64,000 bases of DNA from Oopsacas minuta (taxonomy: Eukaryota; Animalia; Porifera), in assembly GCA_024704765.1 (NCBI GenBank), contig JAKMXF010000321.1:558001-622000 (forward strand). Reading direction: 5' to 3'. The notes below the pieces were generated by a model. That model made no database searches and had not been told where the DNA came from. It was given only the letters and a program-made list of their open reading frames with translations. The position numbers and the translations under genes are program-made. Below are positions 52,047 through 64,000 of this stretch, one piece after another. Each line of letters opens with the position of its first letter. Within the stretch, counting starts at the first letter, position 1.

Positions 52047-53573
52047 CTATTTTCTATTCCATGCACTCTCTACTCTACCAGCACCAGAATTCTCAACTAC
52101 CATACCAGTAAATGGCTGAGCTAGGGAAGAGGTAGCCATTTGCTGAGGTGGTCGCTGTATGTCTGTCTGGTTACCACGTGTGTAGTGTTTCATCATGTCA
52201 GAATCTATATCTACATCTGGGTAGTTAACAGCTGAGCTGGTAGCTTGTTGTCTAGCAGGGTACATATTCAGATTCTGAGTACGTGTTTTGTAATTAGTTT
52301 CAGGCAACCGAGCACTCATAAATCCTGTATTAGTACTGTCACTGGCAGCGAATATAGAAGATTGTATTGGTTGTTGCGAGGTAGAAAATGGCTTAGTTGG
52401 TTGTTTGACAGATATTTCAGAATCGTGTAAGAAATCAAAATCTTCCTCAGAGACTACGTTAGACAGATTAATACCAGAAAATGATATTACCTGAGTAGGT
52501 ATAGGCTCTTGTATCTGTTCAGTGAATATAGTATCAGCTGATACAACAGGTGGTATGTCAATGTGTGTAGTCTCTATAGGGGTAATTACTCTTGGTTTAG
52601 ATACACATTCAGGCTCGTTATCAATCTCACTCGGTACGAATACAGTAGTCTCTATGAGTGTATTATCTGTAGCACTATTAGCTAGTCTGCTAGTAGAGCT
52701 TATAAACATCTCTTCTGTCAGGGGTTCGGCTGATTGATTGAGGATAGTTTGAGATGGGATTAGCTCTTCAATAGGTGCAGGTACTTCTGTAGTCGTAGTA
52801 GACTTGTGTTGAGGAATGGAGGGAGAGACTGTGTCCTCCAATGCATACTCCTCAAGGTCTTCAGCTAGTGCGATAGCTTCTACGACCATACCATCCAGTA
52901 TTTTCATGTTATGAACTGAGCATAATGCCAAGAGTATTTTATGTAACCTGTTATATGATAGTTTATCTTGAAAGTTCTCCTTGGATGATTCTACTAGAAG
53001 ACTGAATTGCTTTGAAATAGAAGGAAATTCAGAATGTAGTGATTCAAGGGTAGGATCCCATAGCTGTGTTACATCTAAGAATGATCTCAAATGATCCAGG
53101 TCATTCTCTGATAATTGCAATTCCGCGTAATCTTTAGCAGTCTTTTCAGTAGTGTCAATTTTCGCGAATGAAGTGAGCACCGAATGGAATTGCAGAAGCT
53201 GAGAGAAAGCAACAGTCAGATTGAGCTTAGGAGCTCTCTCCTCCCTTTTAGGGTTAGGCTTCTTCGTCACAAATTTAGCCCTGTTACCTGAATACTCACT
53301 AGACGTATCCTTGATAATACCGACCATTTCTTTAGCCATCTCTATGTTCCCGTCTATTATTGGGATTTTAGCGAGGGAGGATTTTTGATCCGCGTTCAGT
53401 GTTTTGCCTTGTTTACACTCATCTTCTAGGAGAGCTAATTTGTTACGACGTTTGTCGAGGTTACGAATACGCCTGTCTAATGTCAATGATATTCTAGAAA
53501 ACAGCTGTTCTCCTATCTCAAAGGACTGATTCACTTCAGTTGGAATGATATCCTGTTGTTCCAAGTTAGACAT
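52047..53573 (-). CDS. CAPRIN1: Caprin family RNA-granule protein, 508 aa
   Basis: LDRRIRNLDKRRNKL...GKTLNADQ resembles Caprin HR1 (IDKKLRNLEKKKGKL...GERLNQDQ). FDFLHDSEI resembles the G3BP-binding motif. Single exon. CAPRIN1 versus CAPRIN2 orthology is not resolved. Confidence 0.82.
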   Translation of the reverse strand: MSNLEQQDIIPTEVNQSFEIGEQLFSRISLTLDRRIRNLDKRRNKLALLEDECKQGKTLNADQKSSLAKIPIIDGNIEMAKEMVGIIKDTSSEYSGNRAKFVTKKPNPKREERAPKLNLTVAFSQLLQFHSVLTSFAKIDTTEKTAKDYAELQLSENDLDHLRSFLDVTQLWDPTLESLHSEFPSISKQFSLLVESSKENFQDKLSYNRLHKILLALCSVHNMKILDGMVVEAIALAEDLEEYALEDTVSPSIPQHKSTTTTEVPAPIEELIPSQTILNQSAEPLTEEMFISSTSRLANSATDNTLIETTVFVPSEIDNEPECVSKPRVITPIETTHIDIPPVVSADTIFTEQIQEPIPTQVISFSGINLSNVVSEEDFDFLHDSEISVKQPTKPFSTSQQPIQSSIFAASDSTNTGFMSARLPETNYKTRTQNLNMYPARQQATSSAVNYPDVDIDSDMMKHYTRGNQTDIQRPPQQMATSSLAQPFTGMVVENSGAGRVESAWNRK

Positions 53574-53638
53574 TATCTCATTACATAAATCTAATTAAAT
53601 GTTTTAAAATGTAAACGATTGTTGGGTGGGATGTATTG

Positions 53639-53912
53639 AAAAGTAAAGTGAGCATGCTCACTAAGTAGAGTGATTCGCAAGCCCAGCAAACTGCTAACCA
53701 ATTCACAGCTTGCTTCAGATCCAACTAGTGTATTGAAATGCTCATCTTCTCGACAAAAGCAAAGCTAGCTAGATAATCCTATCAAAATCCTATCCTATCA
53801 CCTGCCAACGTGAGTTCAGAACACACTAAGCAACATGTTAGCAAGCCCAGCAAACTTCTAGCCAACTCACAGCTTGCTCATTGGACCTAGTGAGCATGCT
53901 CACTCGACTTTT
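53639..53912. mobile_element. Inverted-repeat element upstream of Caprin
   Basis: Both ends carry the palindrome AGTGAGCATGCTCACT within a TIR; an internal direct repeat of about 40 nt (GCAAGCCCAGCAAAC...CACAGCTTGCT) occurs twice. Confidence 0.75.
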
Positions 53913-54289
53913 TATTATGTGAGTGGATATTTCTCTAATTAGAATATTACTTCTAACTGGAGCAATAATTAATTGATCACACTTAGTAGAGAAGGATTTG
54001 ACCATGGATTAGTGCTTTATTATTCGTGACTAGAATCAAACTTAGAAATGTGGCTCTGTCACGAAAAGATTTTGGTCTCTCCGATGGTCCTAGGACCAAA
54101 TTCCATGGAATATTGGTCCTAGGGTGGGACGAAAATTTCGTGAAAATTTTGGTCGGTGTAAGCGCTATTTAGAGATCAGCGATATAGGGATCAATCCAGT
54201 GATATAGGGCCCCCTACCTCCCAGAGGTTGGTCTATGCTTTTGGAAGCGATATCTAGTTGCAAATACAGATTTAGATCAAATTAGCTAA

Positions 54290-54636
54290 GGCAACTGTTA
54301 GTTCGAAACATGTTTCAGCTCCACCGCTCGCATCTGATTTGGCTACCTCACTAATATTGTCATTATTGTCATCATTTCACCATTTATTCAATGTAATCAA
54401 CTACAAGGTGTATCAACAGGCTAGAGTACAATAAAAGTATCTTTTTCATAGTCCAGCTATTCCCATATCAAATTTGATATTAGTAATAATAATATTTTTA
54501 TGAATGAAGTCAATGAACGAATTTCCAGCTGATACCTCACAAAATAATGAGATAATGATAATGAACCGCCCGCCCGCATGCATGTGTTAGGTGGATTTAA
54601 TGTGGTAGCTGAACAAGTTTCTCATTAACAGTGGCC
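54290..54636. mobile_element. Tourist-like MITE T1
   Basis: TAA|GGCAACTGTTAG ... TTAACAGTGGCC|TAA, exact TAA duplication. Confidence 0.88.
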
Positions 54637-55899
54637 TAATAATAACCATTAACTTCTAGGATTGGTGGAATTTATTCACTATTACTGTAGTTCAGGATTT
54701 CGCCTAGGATTGATGTCAATATAAGTATATATCGCTTCAAAACACACAGACATACACAGTGGCGAATCTTTGGTGGGATATATCTCCCCGCCAAGAGTAA
54801 TTACATGATATGAAATTATAGTGGAATTGGAAATTCATGTCAAATACACTGAATTATTGGCTCAAATTCCAACCTGTAAATTTCCTCACGCTTCGCTCAC
54901 ATCTTTCCCTAAATTTATTGTTGTTTTTATGAGTATAAAGTAAACAATTTCAAAATTGTGGTAGAAACATACTTTCAATGGTTATACTGTTTTATTTAAA
55001 GAAATTTCCAATTTGTCGCGTGACAATATTTGACCTTGAAATTCACAGAATAATGTAGAACAACACTTTTCAAGCATTTGTTGTGGGGTTCCCTAATTCA
55101 CGGAACGGAACTGACCAGTTTTCTTGAAGAAATTTCAAATTTGTTTGTTGCATAATTGTCCTTGAACTCACATAATATTGTGTAATGACGGTTATCAAGC
55201 ATTTGTCAATTTTCTCAATTTATAGTGAAACCTATAAAATGTCTAGTAATACCTCATGGACAACTTTTCATTAGTTCTAATCACGGATATTATATGAACC
55301 ATCTTCGGCTTGTTAACTACCTCCCTCTAGCCCAGAAAAGGAGATCGAAAATTAGGGAGGGAAATTTTCTAGGCTGAAAGGGCTGAAAGGCTTTAACATT
55401 GTACATGTATGTATACAATATTGACATATTGATCATCGGCGTGAAATGGCATAACAAATGCTTGACAATCGTCATGATACAATATTCTTTGATTTACAAT
55501 GCCAAATATGCGACAAACGAAAATTTGAAATTTCAAGAATTCTTTTCCATTGCGTAATTTAAGCTATTAAAATCGTATGTTGCGTTCCGTGGATTTGGGA
55601 AGCCCATTTTCAGGGTCAAATACGTATATGCCTATGTGCCAATTAAATAATTTGGATTTTCCTCAATACAACTTGTCCGTTTCGTTCTGTAAAAATTAAT
55701 CATAGGCTGTGATAACTGACTATTGATAGACGCGTATAAATATTTTAGTGACAAATACCAAATTGTTTCTCCGACACACTATTATAATAAATATGCATAA
55801 TATCTATCTCATCTCCTAATTTATACGATCAGTTGGTGAATCTAATCTACACTTTACACTTCTAACTAATCCATTGTATCCTCATTTCTACATACGTAG

Positions 55900-56550
<651 letters not shown>

Positions 56551-57764
56551 TCTATCTGGTTGGACTCTCTATTAGTATTTCTAACACCTCGTACTTTAGG
56601 TAAACAAAGACTAGTTAGTACCCATCAGGTGTTACATTCTATATGCTTGTATTCTTAAGATATCTCATAATTGAAAAATTTATACTCCGGCATGCAAAAT
56701 TTATCCCCAAAGTAAGGATCCACATTATAGTATTGCGTGAGATTTCTGAGCTCGATTTTATCACTACCTATATGCTTACTAGTTATTTAACCATGGATGC
56801 TGGATTTAGTTTATCTGACTGGATGTGTACTCCTAGGGTTGTTGGAGTTGGGATTTGCCCTGAATTAGTGGTCATGCCTGCTTGGATGTGTTCTAAGTCA
56901 TTTTAATACACTCTTTGCTTGATTGTATTTGAAGATTTGTGAATGACATGAAAGAAACTATATCCACAATCTATGATTAAATATCTAATAATAATCATAT
57001 AGGGAACCATTTTTGTCAAAAGAACACTAGAATTTATATTCATCACAATCGAATCAGGTTCTAATATACTTACATTGTCTCTCCATATCTAGAAACCAAG
57101 GTAAAGCATTTTACAGTTGATAATATAAAGTAACAGCCAAAAGAGTTCGAGTATGAACCAAAAGTTCAAGAGAGTTGGTTGAGCAAGATTATTCATAGAA
57201 TAACAAGAAGACTCAAATAAGTAGAATTTTATAAGGTTTAATGACACTAATAGATAAAGTTTAGAAACAAAGTATCAAGCAAAGTTCGAGGGTAAAGTTC
57301 ATGAATATGAACTAAAAAGAACAGCTGATAAAGTTCTGAAAGCAAAGTAGAGTAGAGTAAAGTAAAGTTTGCAAGGAAAGTTAATATCAGCCTCTGCGTT
57401 ACGAGTGTAATGAATCTGAATTTTGGCACTACGTTTCACTCATTTCCCATAAAATATCAACATTTTTACACTTTTGGGACGATCAAAAAGCCTACAATTT
57501 TCCGGCCGTAAACGTTTTATATAAATATTCAAACTGCACTGAGTGTGTCGAAACTTTTAATAATGTATACAAGTATACGAAATCGAAACTTCGTTCCAGG
57601 ACCATATGGCTATCCTAATATATACTTATTTACCACAATATTTAAGCTATCAGCTAAGTCTTGGCTGTCAGTTACAACATTAGTTTAGTAATGCTAAATT
57701 TGTACACAGTTTCTATATCTCTATTTCTGATTTCCATCTCCTGCAGTAGATATTAATGCATTGA

Positions 57765-59267
57765 ATGTTTGCTATACATAGAATAGGACATGTATTGCTA
57801 CGAGGTAACAATAAATACATTGTCTATTCTACCAAACCTTTCCCTCCATCTTTTATCCCCCACACACAACCTACACTCTCTCAGAAACCTCTGAAGACCT
57901 CCTCTACGGAATCCCCTCCTTCATATTATCGTAACACGTTCATCTCTCCGGTCCGTGCTATGAATGATTACCAGCTGGAGCTTAAACATCTGGAGCTATT
58001 ACAACCTCGTATGGTACGTAGTGCATTCAGTACAGATCCTGCATATGAGAAGTGCTATCTCAAATCTGAGGTAGAACAAAAAGCACTAGAGGTATGGGGT
58101 AGCTTTAAGAAGCTTGAGCTAGAGAGAACAAGACGGTCTAGGCTAATGCAGGATGATGAAGTGAGGTCTAAGATATTAGCAGGGCTAATAGGGAGAATGA
58201 AGAAGGCTAATACACTAAGTACCATGGATGAGTACAGAAAGAGGAAGCATATATTCTTAGGTGGATCAGGTCGTGTAGTAGGCTTTGCTGTATTGAGTAA
58301 TTTATTTGTTTTAACATTGAAACTCTCCACCTATTTATACACAGGCTCATCTTCTCTCCTCTCAGAAGCAATACACTCATTCGCTGATCTGTGTAACCAA
58401 ATCCTCCTAGCTATAGGTATAGCACTCTCTACACGTGATCCATCACCTGATCATCCATACGGATTCGCTACAGCTAGATACATATACTCTCTAATGAGCG
58501 GAATGAGTGTATTCTTCCTAGGAGCAGGTATGAGTGTATACCATGGAATATCTTCGTTCTATCAAGCACCAGAATATACGTCACTACCCTCTGCACTATT
58601 AGTGCTAGGTGCATCATTTGTAATAGAGAGTATTACACTGTGCATGGCAGTCATACAGATCAGGGAAGCAGCTAGATTAAGTGGTGTTACGTTCCGCGAT
58701 TATATCCTAAGAGGTAGAGATCCTAGTTCTGTAGCTGTCCTGCTGGAGGATAGCGTCTCTGTCCTGGGGGTACTAACAGCTGGTACATGTTTAACTCTTA
58801 CATATGCTACAGGTAGTCATGTGTATGATGCTATAGGCTCTGTGTGTATAGGGGGATTGCTAGGAGCTGTAGCTCTGTTCCTGATTAAGAGGAATAGTGA
58901 TGCGTTAATGGGGCGCTCTATTCCACCTGAAAGACTCAGACATATCATAGATCTCCTGGAAAGAGATAGAGTTATACGCTCTGTACATGACGTCAAAGCT
59001 CTGGACCTAGGAGCAGACACGATCAGGTTTAAAGCTGAAATAAATTTTGATGGTAATGAATTAGCACGATTACACCTTGACAAACAAAACATGAACTCCC
59101 TATTGGATAAAACTCGTAGTATTGATAGTGAAGATGAGCTCTATACATTTATGATATCTCATGGAGAGCAGATTATAGATACATTAGCTGTTGAGGTTGA
59201 TAGGTTGGAGAAGGAGATCAAGAAGAGATTCCCAGAAGCTAAACATGTTGATTTAGAAGTTTTATAA
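57765..59267 (+). CDS. SLC30A9: Mitochondrial zinc transporter ZnT9, 500 aa
   Basis: Presequence, RAMNDY..YLKSEVEQKALEVWGS, SEAIHSFADLCNQ, HPYGF, VLLEDSVSV and EVDRLEKEIKKRFPEAKHVDLEVL. Intronless. Confidence 0.95.
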   Translation: MFAIHRIGHVLLRGNNKYIVYSTKPFPPSFIPHTQPTLSQKPLKTSSTESPPSYYRNTFISPVRAMNDYQLELKHLELLQPRMVRSAFSTDPAYEKCYLKSEVEQKALEVWGSFKKLELERTRRSRLMQDDEVRSKILAGLIGRMKKANTLSTMDEYRKRKHIFLGGSGRVVGFAVLSNLFVLTLKLSTYLYTGSSSLLSEAIHSFADLCNQILLAIGIALSTRDPSPDHPYGFATARYIYSLMSGMSVFFLGAGMSVYHGISSFYQAPEYTSLPSALLVLGASFVIESITLCMAVIQIREAARLSGVTFRDYILRGRDPSSVAVLLEDSVSVLGVLTAGTCLTLTYATGSHVYDAIGSVCIGGLLGAVALFLIKRNSDALMGRSIPPERLRHIIDLLERDRVIRSVHDVKALDLGADTIRFKAEINFDGNELARLHLDKQNMNSLLDKTRSIDSEDELYTFMISHGEQIIDTLAVEVDRLEKEIKKRFPEAKHVDLEVL

Positions 59268-59730
59268 TAGTAATCATGGGTCCTGACATTTGGTATCTTG
59301 ACAACAGCTGGAGGACATTGGAATGCGTTCATTACGAAATACTGTTGGATTGAGTGGTAATTACTGAAGCAGCGGGTACCCGTATGTATGATCAAAACTT
59401 GCATAAATGTGAGTAAATATCTACAATGGCATCAACCATTTTACCACTTTACTCTTGAGTTATTAATATGTATTCTTCCTGAGTTTCATATATTGTATTG
59501 TTGTTACAGATTCGTCTATTGAATTTCAAAATGTTTATGTTTACGTTTTGGCTCAAACCGGGACAATGCTTCTCATGGCCATGGTGTTTACCAGGCTCAT
59601 TATAGATGGACATGTTTTCAACGTTATTTACCTGCAAACATTAATGTATTTCTCTCTGATATTTTAATAGTTTACTTTATACTATTGAAAAATCGGATAT
59701 TTATTTTCTTGCTCAGGTTGTATTTGATTA

Positions 59731-59886
59731 CAGTCATCCCCCTCGTAATACTGAACATGGATACGTACGTATATCGAAGTCTTGTACAAATATGGCCCCG
59801 AACCATAGAGTAACATAATGTCATCAGTTAATCGAACTCCGCTTATATCGCAGTCCCTTGAGCTTCGATATAACGGGGAATTGACT
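59731..59886. mobile_element. Tigger/pogo-like MITE
   Basis: TA|CAGTCATCCCC ... CTTCGATATAACGGGGAATTGAC; shared core. Confidence 0.75.
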
Positions 59887-60459
59887 ATATTCCTATTTCT
59901 AAAAGTGTGGAGATTCTAGTACTGTTTCATGCTTAAATATTCAAGGCGTTATATTTGTAGTTTGGCTTATATTTGTTGGGAAATACCCCACGCTTCGGTT
60001 ACTTACGCGTTTGTTTACGCAATATTTCCCCTTTGAAATATGACGCGAGTGGTAGTGATATTTATTGCATCAATTCTAAAGTAAATATTAATGAGTATTA
60101 TCACGTCTTTATTAAATCAATTATACTACGTACTTTATTTCCCATCTAAATTACAAGATAAATAGCACAGAAATATCAAATTCCAATTGAATGTAATTGT
60201 CACGTTTACGAATTTGTGGGAGATGAATTCAATTGGTATAGTGATGTGATGCTATCTCATTATCTCTCCCCAGTTAGCCTAGACATAACAATACAACACT
60301 AGATTATAGTCTCATTGTTAGAAGCATATACTTCCAAATTTTATGAATACAGAGTTACAGACACTCAATATTATGTTTTGTTAAATTTAACGTGCTGACG
60401 ATTATACATTTCTCTTCTATATAAGTTTGATATTATTTGCAAATTGATAGTTGTTGTAG

Positions 60460-61455
60460 ATGGATATTTTCACGGTTAACTTCTCTCCACCTTCCCCTAC
60501 AGCAAATGAAATTCCAAGTTTATTGGAGGTGTTCTCGAAGGAAATAATTGAACCTCCAAAAGAGGTATTTTTCGAGCCTCATTTCAACTTAGGCTCTTCT
60601 GATATGCAGGCGTACCCCTGTGGAGATTTCCCTATGACATACACAACCGAAACAGTAGAAGAATCCTCGCATTCTCCCTCTATAGTTCCATCAGCTAATT
60701 TAGCTACTGATCTGAACAAACAGAATGAGATATCTGCGTTTGATCATAAAACAGATGACGTCACCATATCACCTACTCACTACTCACATACACAACTACC
60801 ATCTGGCCCTAACAGTGTCAAATCAACAGATTCACTCCTAGCTGATGACTCAGACGGATCTCTATCAGAACAGAACATCAAAGAAACACGTGCACCTAGA
60901 AAGTTGGCCCCTCGTCCTATAGAGCCTATCCACTTCGAAAAATCAGTTCTTGTTCTAGGAAGAGAGTTTGATCAACCTAACCAGATAGCTTACACACTCG
61001 AGAAACGATTCGGTGATATATTCCATGAACACGGTGTGCATATTGACAGTCTCCCTGTACCTTCACATCGTCTATTATCAGCTGATCCAAGCCGTCTTCT
61101 AAAACGCGTATACTCCTGTCTCCTGCTCTGTTATAATGCTACTGAGGCACGTCTATTAGTGACGTCAGAAGGAGGATATTACTCATCTCTAATACCTTAC
61201 GCATTAAACGCTCTTGGTAACAATAAAGTTATGCTAGCGTTCACACATTGTCAAACAAATAGTAAAAATTTGCTAGCTACTGATCTACAAAGTCGTATCC
61301 TCGCTCAACCACACATGCAACCAATGATGAACCAATTTCGATCCATTTTCTCATGGGCTGAGACCCCCAATGACGTACATATCCAACGAATGCTTGAGAT
61401 TATTAACGAATCTCCTGTTTACATGGTTACAAAGAAATCTTGTTCTATTATCTAA
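60460..61455 (+). CDS. Uncharacterised protein: disordered N-half, alpha/beta C-terminal domain, CaaX box (CSII)
   Basis: 331-aa single-exon ORF with protein-like composition, acceptor-like TTGTAG directly before the ATG, ending KKSCSII-stop. Confidence 0.8.
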   Translation: MDIFTVNFSPPSPTANEIPSLLEVFSKEIIEPPKEVFFEPHFNLGSSDMQAYPCGDFPMTYTTETVEESSHSPSIVPSANLATDLNKQNEISAFDHKTDDVTISPTHYSHTQLPSGPNSVKSTDSLLADDSDGSLSEQNIKETRAPRKLAPRPIEPIHFEKSVLVLGREFDQPNQIAYTLEKRFGDIFHEHGVHIDSLPVPSHRLLSADPSRLLKRVYSCLLLCYNATEARLLVTSEGGYYSSLIPYALNALGNNKVMLAFTHCQTNSKNLLATDLQSRILAQPHMQPMMNQFRSIFSWAETPNDVHIQRMLEIINESPVYMVTKKSCSII

Positions 61456-62221
61456 CTGAATTATAGTTACCCCCGTGCTCACTTTATTAAATTGCTATAT
61501 TGATGCAACACATCCCTTTAGCATCAAATCGAACTCGAGAGTTAGGCTAAGTAATTTCTGACGAGTAAATAGAACTGACCCCTATAGTAAATCCCATGTT
61601 AGTGATTGTGAATTAATTATACTTTACGTCATATTTTGTGTCTGTTGTTACGCAATCGCTGATATCAAATCCTATTACTCGCTTATACGGGGTACTGTTA
61701 GGCATGTTATCCATTCGGTGTGTCCGCGAACCACTAAGTTCGCTAATGGAATACATACAATTCGTGACATGTGTTTAGAATGAACATCACTGTGCATAGC
61801 TCAGCGGTTCCAAACCTGGGGTCCATGGGTACTTTGGTCTCCACGGCCGATGGCTAGGGCCCACAAGATATAAAATTTGAATTGCTGTCTGTGAGAAACA
61901 GAACGTGTGGAAATTGCGTGAGGGGGTATACGGGTATATAAGTTGGGAACCACCATTTGTGCTAAGTTTTACGAAACACAATCAAACTTGGTAGGTCCAC
62001 CATGCGAAATTGCTGCTGCCTCTATGTAAAAATACACATAAATACAGTCTCCCCGCCTATAACCTGAGGGATCCAGACCCCCCAGGCCCCATACTTGGCG
62101 CCAGTAAGAACCTCTTTATTATAGTGTCATAATACCTGACTGTCTATCTGGTATGTCTGGTGAAAACTCGTATCACGAATTGTATGTATTCCTTCGCTAA
62201 ACATCGCAACATAAATAGAAA

Positions 62222-62711
62222 AATTGATGTTGACAAAACATGAACGTTTATGGATGTGAGAATGACAACAAATCAGTAATTGTGTTTGATAAAGATCTCA
62301 AATTCATGAAAAGAATCAAACTAAAAACTATTCAAGTTAATTTCGATACGCAGACATACAGCATAAAACTATACGAGGATAACATGTATGTCATGTTTGG
62401 TAAATATCCTCCTTTCCATCTACAAATATTCTCTCTAGAAGGAGAGCTAGTGAGGTGTTTGATAGAAAAAAGTGAGATTGGTTGGAGTTATTTCTTCTTA
62501 ATTGATCAACTGGGGAATATTATCATAGCAGATTGGGTAGGAAATCAAATAAAGATATTCTCCAATAAAGGAGAAGTACTACACACTATCAGTAGTGATA
62601 TGCTACCAGAAGATCAGGAGTTCTATCATCCGAATGGGGTAGCAATTGACAAGCAGAATAGAATTATTGTAGCTCATAGGAACAAGAAATATAATCTTCT
62701 AGCTTTCTGAA
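62222..62711 (+). pseudogene. 5'-truncated, near-identical inverted copy of the 3' end of the NHL gene at 49997
   Basis: The 156-aa translation equals the last 156 aa of the 49997 protein. By eye there is one synonymous change and a 1-nt deletion just before the ATG. Similarity ends just after the stop codon. Confidence 0.88.
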
Positions 62712-62862
62712 AATCGTCTGTTTTCTTTATTAAAACATTTATAGATTCATTTCCCGTAACGTATAGATCTCGGCAACTAGCCCAAATATTTATGTAAATG
62801 TCGAAAAAATAGTTAATTTAAATCGTCTATAATACCGACATCTCAAGATTAATCCTGAAAGC

Positions 62863-63003
62863 TAACTCGTTTGCATTGGTATAAACTATATTATATTCAG
62901 TGGGAGTCTATTAATTACCCCAAACTATCACATGTATCCGTTTGGAGCAATCAACCCACTTTCCACTGGATAGAACATAGTTTATCCCAATGCAAACGAG
63001 TTA
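62863..63003. repeat. Inverted repeat of about 28 bp (small MITE or hairpin)
   Basis: AACTCGTTTGCATTGGTATAAACTAT versus ATAGTTTATCCCAATGCAAACGAGTT. Confidence 0.75.
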
Positions 63004-63547
63004 TAGGACATGATTGAAAACAAATCCCGCAATTCGTTGAATTTAATCGACATAGCCACTCCACTATTAGGGTAAATACAGTGAAACTTGGATTATGCAT
63101 ATTACTTCTTTAGTACCAAAAATTTAGTTCCCATTTATCCCGATAGTGCATACTAATTTTCCCGAAGGTTACCTCTTATCCGAGTTTTACTGTACATAGG
63201 TATACTTATGTATCTCCTACAATAGTAGCTCCCATGAAGGTGCCTAAAGTTAATCATCGCCCTGGCTACAATTCGAGCTTCACTTCATAATGTTTGGTCT
63301 ACAGTAGCCTTCCCTCTAACGAATTTAGTTAATCCCTGTACAGAGCTCCCATTTTCCCTTGGACATTGGACAGAATCCTTTTACACCTTTCGGTCGCTAG
63401 CTACGTTAGCTCGTGCATAAAATCATTTAGGTTATACGAACTATCATGTCATTCATGTAATGTTAGTATATATAATGTATATAGACATGGTTGACACATG
63501 TCAAATTAATTTTATAAGGAGAAATCGCATTAATCACAGTCATCAGC

Positions 63548-63893
63548 AGTGGCAGACTGGGTCTAAAATTTTCTACAAGCATGGTTGACGTTCGGGTCTC
63601 TCAGGGTTACAGTGGGAATCATGTGCAGTTGTGACGCTTCCCACACTTTATCAGGGGATTTAGAAATATAACTTGGCCGACCTCTATTGTGGAATGGTCG
63701 ACAAATCTATTGATATACTTAAAATTAGTTTGATTGGTAAAAGTATCACAAAATGGCCCATAATGCCCGATCTGGCCGACGGTATCAATTACACCTCGCC
63801 TATGGCGGTCTAGAAGAATCCTGATCAAGGGAAACTTCTTTTGAAGGGGCATCCTGGCCACTGGACCGTGGACTGGTAAGCCAGTCCCCACTG
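63548..63893. mobile_element. Probable hAT-type MITE
   Basis: CAGTGGCAGACTGG ... CCAGTCCCCACTG imperfect TIR; TSD not evident. Confidence 0.55.
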
Positions 63894-64000
63894 GTCGTCA
63901 ATAGAGGATTCCCTGTACGCTTGAATATGAACTGTTAATTGCTCAACAAAATATACATATTTCAGGTACTATTAGACTCACAGTTAGTAGGTTTCTCTCA

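Noticed and set aside
63619-63891. 90-aa minus-strand ORF
   Set aside because: Entirely within a TIR-bounded element; no transposase motif.

Overview
AT-rich (roughly one-third GC by eye), gene-dense eukaryotic DNA with the standard code, short GT-AG introns (minimum about 60 nt) and many small non-autonomous DNA transposons (MITEs). The gene set is animal-type. The NHL-repeat and intronless 7TM-like genes, compact introns and acceptor-like sites before start codons suggest a non-bilaterian animal, plausibly a glass sponge (inference, not a database result). About 22 protein-coding loci were reconstructed by hand: CEP295-like, DNALI1, FDXR, a FERM-like adaptor, an amnionless-like membrane protein, DDX56, CSTF3, RAB8, KRI1, a Ral-like locus, TMED/p24, an EF-hand protein, NTAQ1, four NHL proteins, MCM10-like, a 7TM-like protein, Caprin, SRSF10, SLC30A9 and an orphan CaaX protein. 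Main points of interest: (1) one Ral P-loop exon apparently shared by two different GTPase bodies; (2) 3' splice acceptors 0-20 nt before most start codons, consistent with spliced-leader trans-splicing and possibly operons; (3) a head-to-head palindromic pair of myristoylated NHL propellers with patchy divergence; (4) an MCM10 lacking its central domain; (5) a miniature CEP295. No tRNA, rRNA or CRISPR array was recognised. All exon models are manual and untested against RNA.
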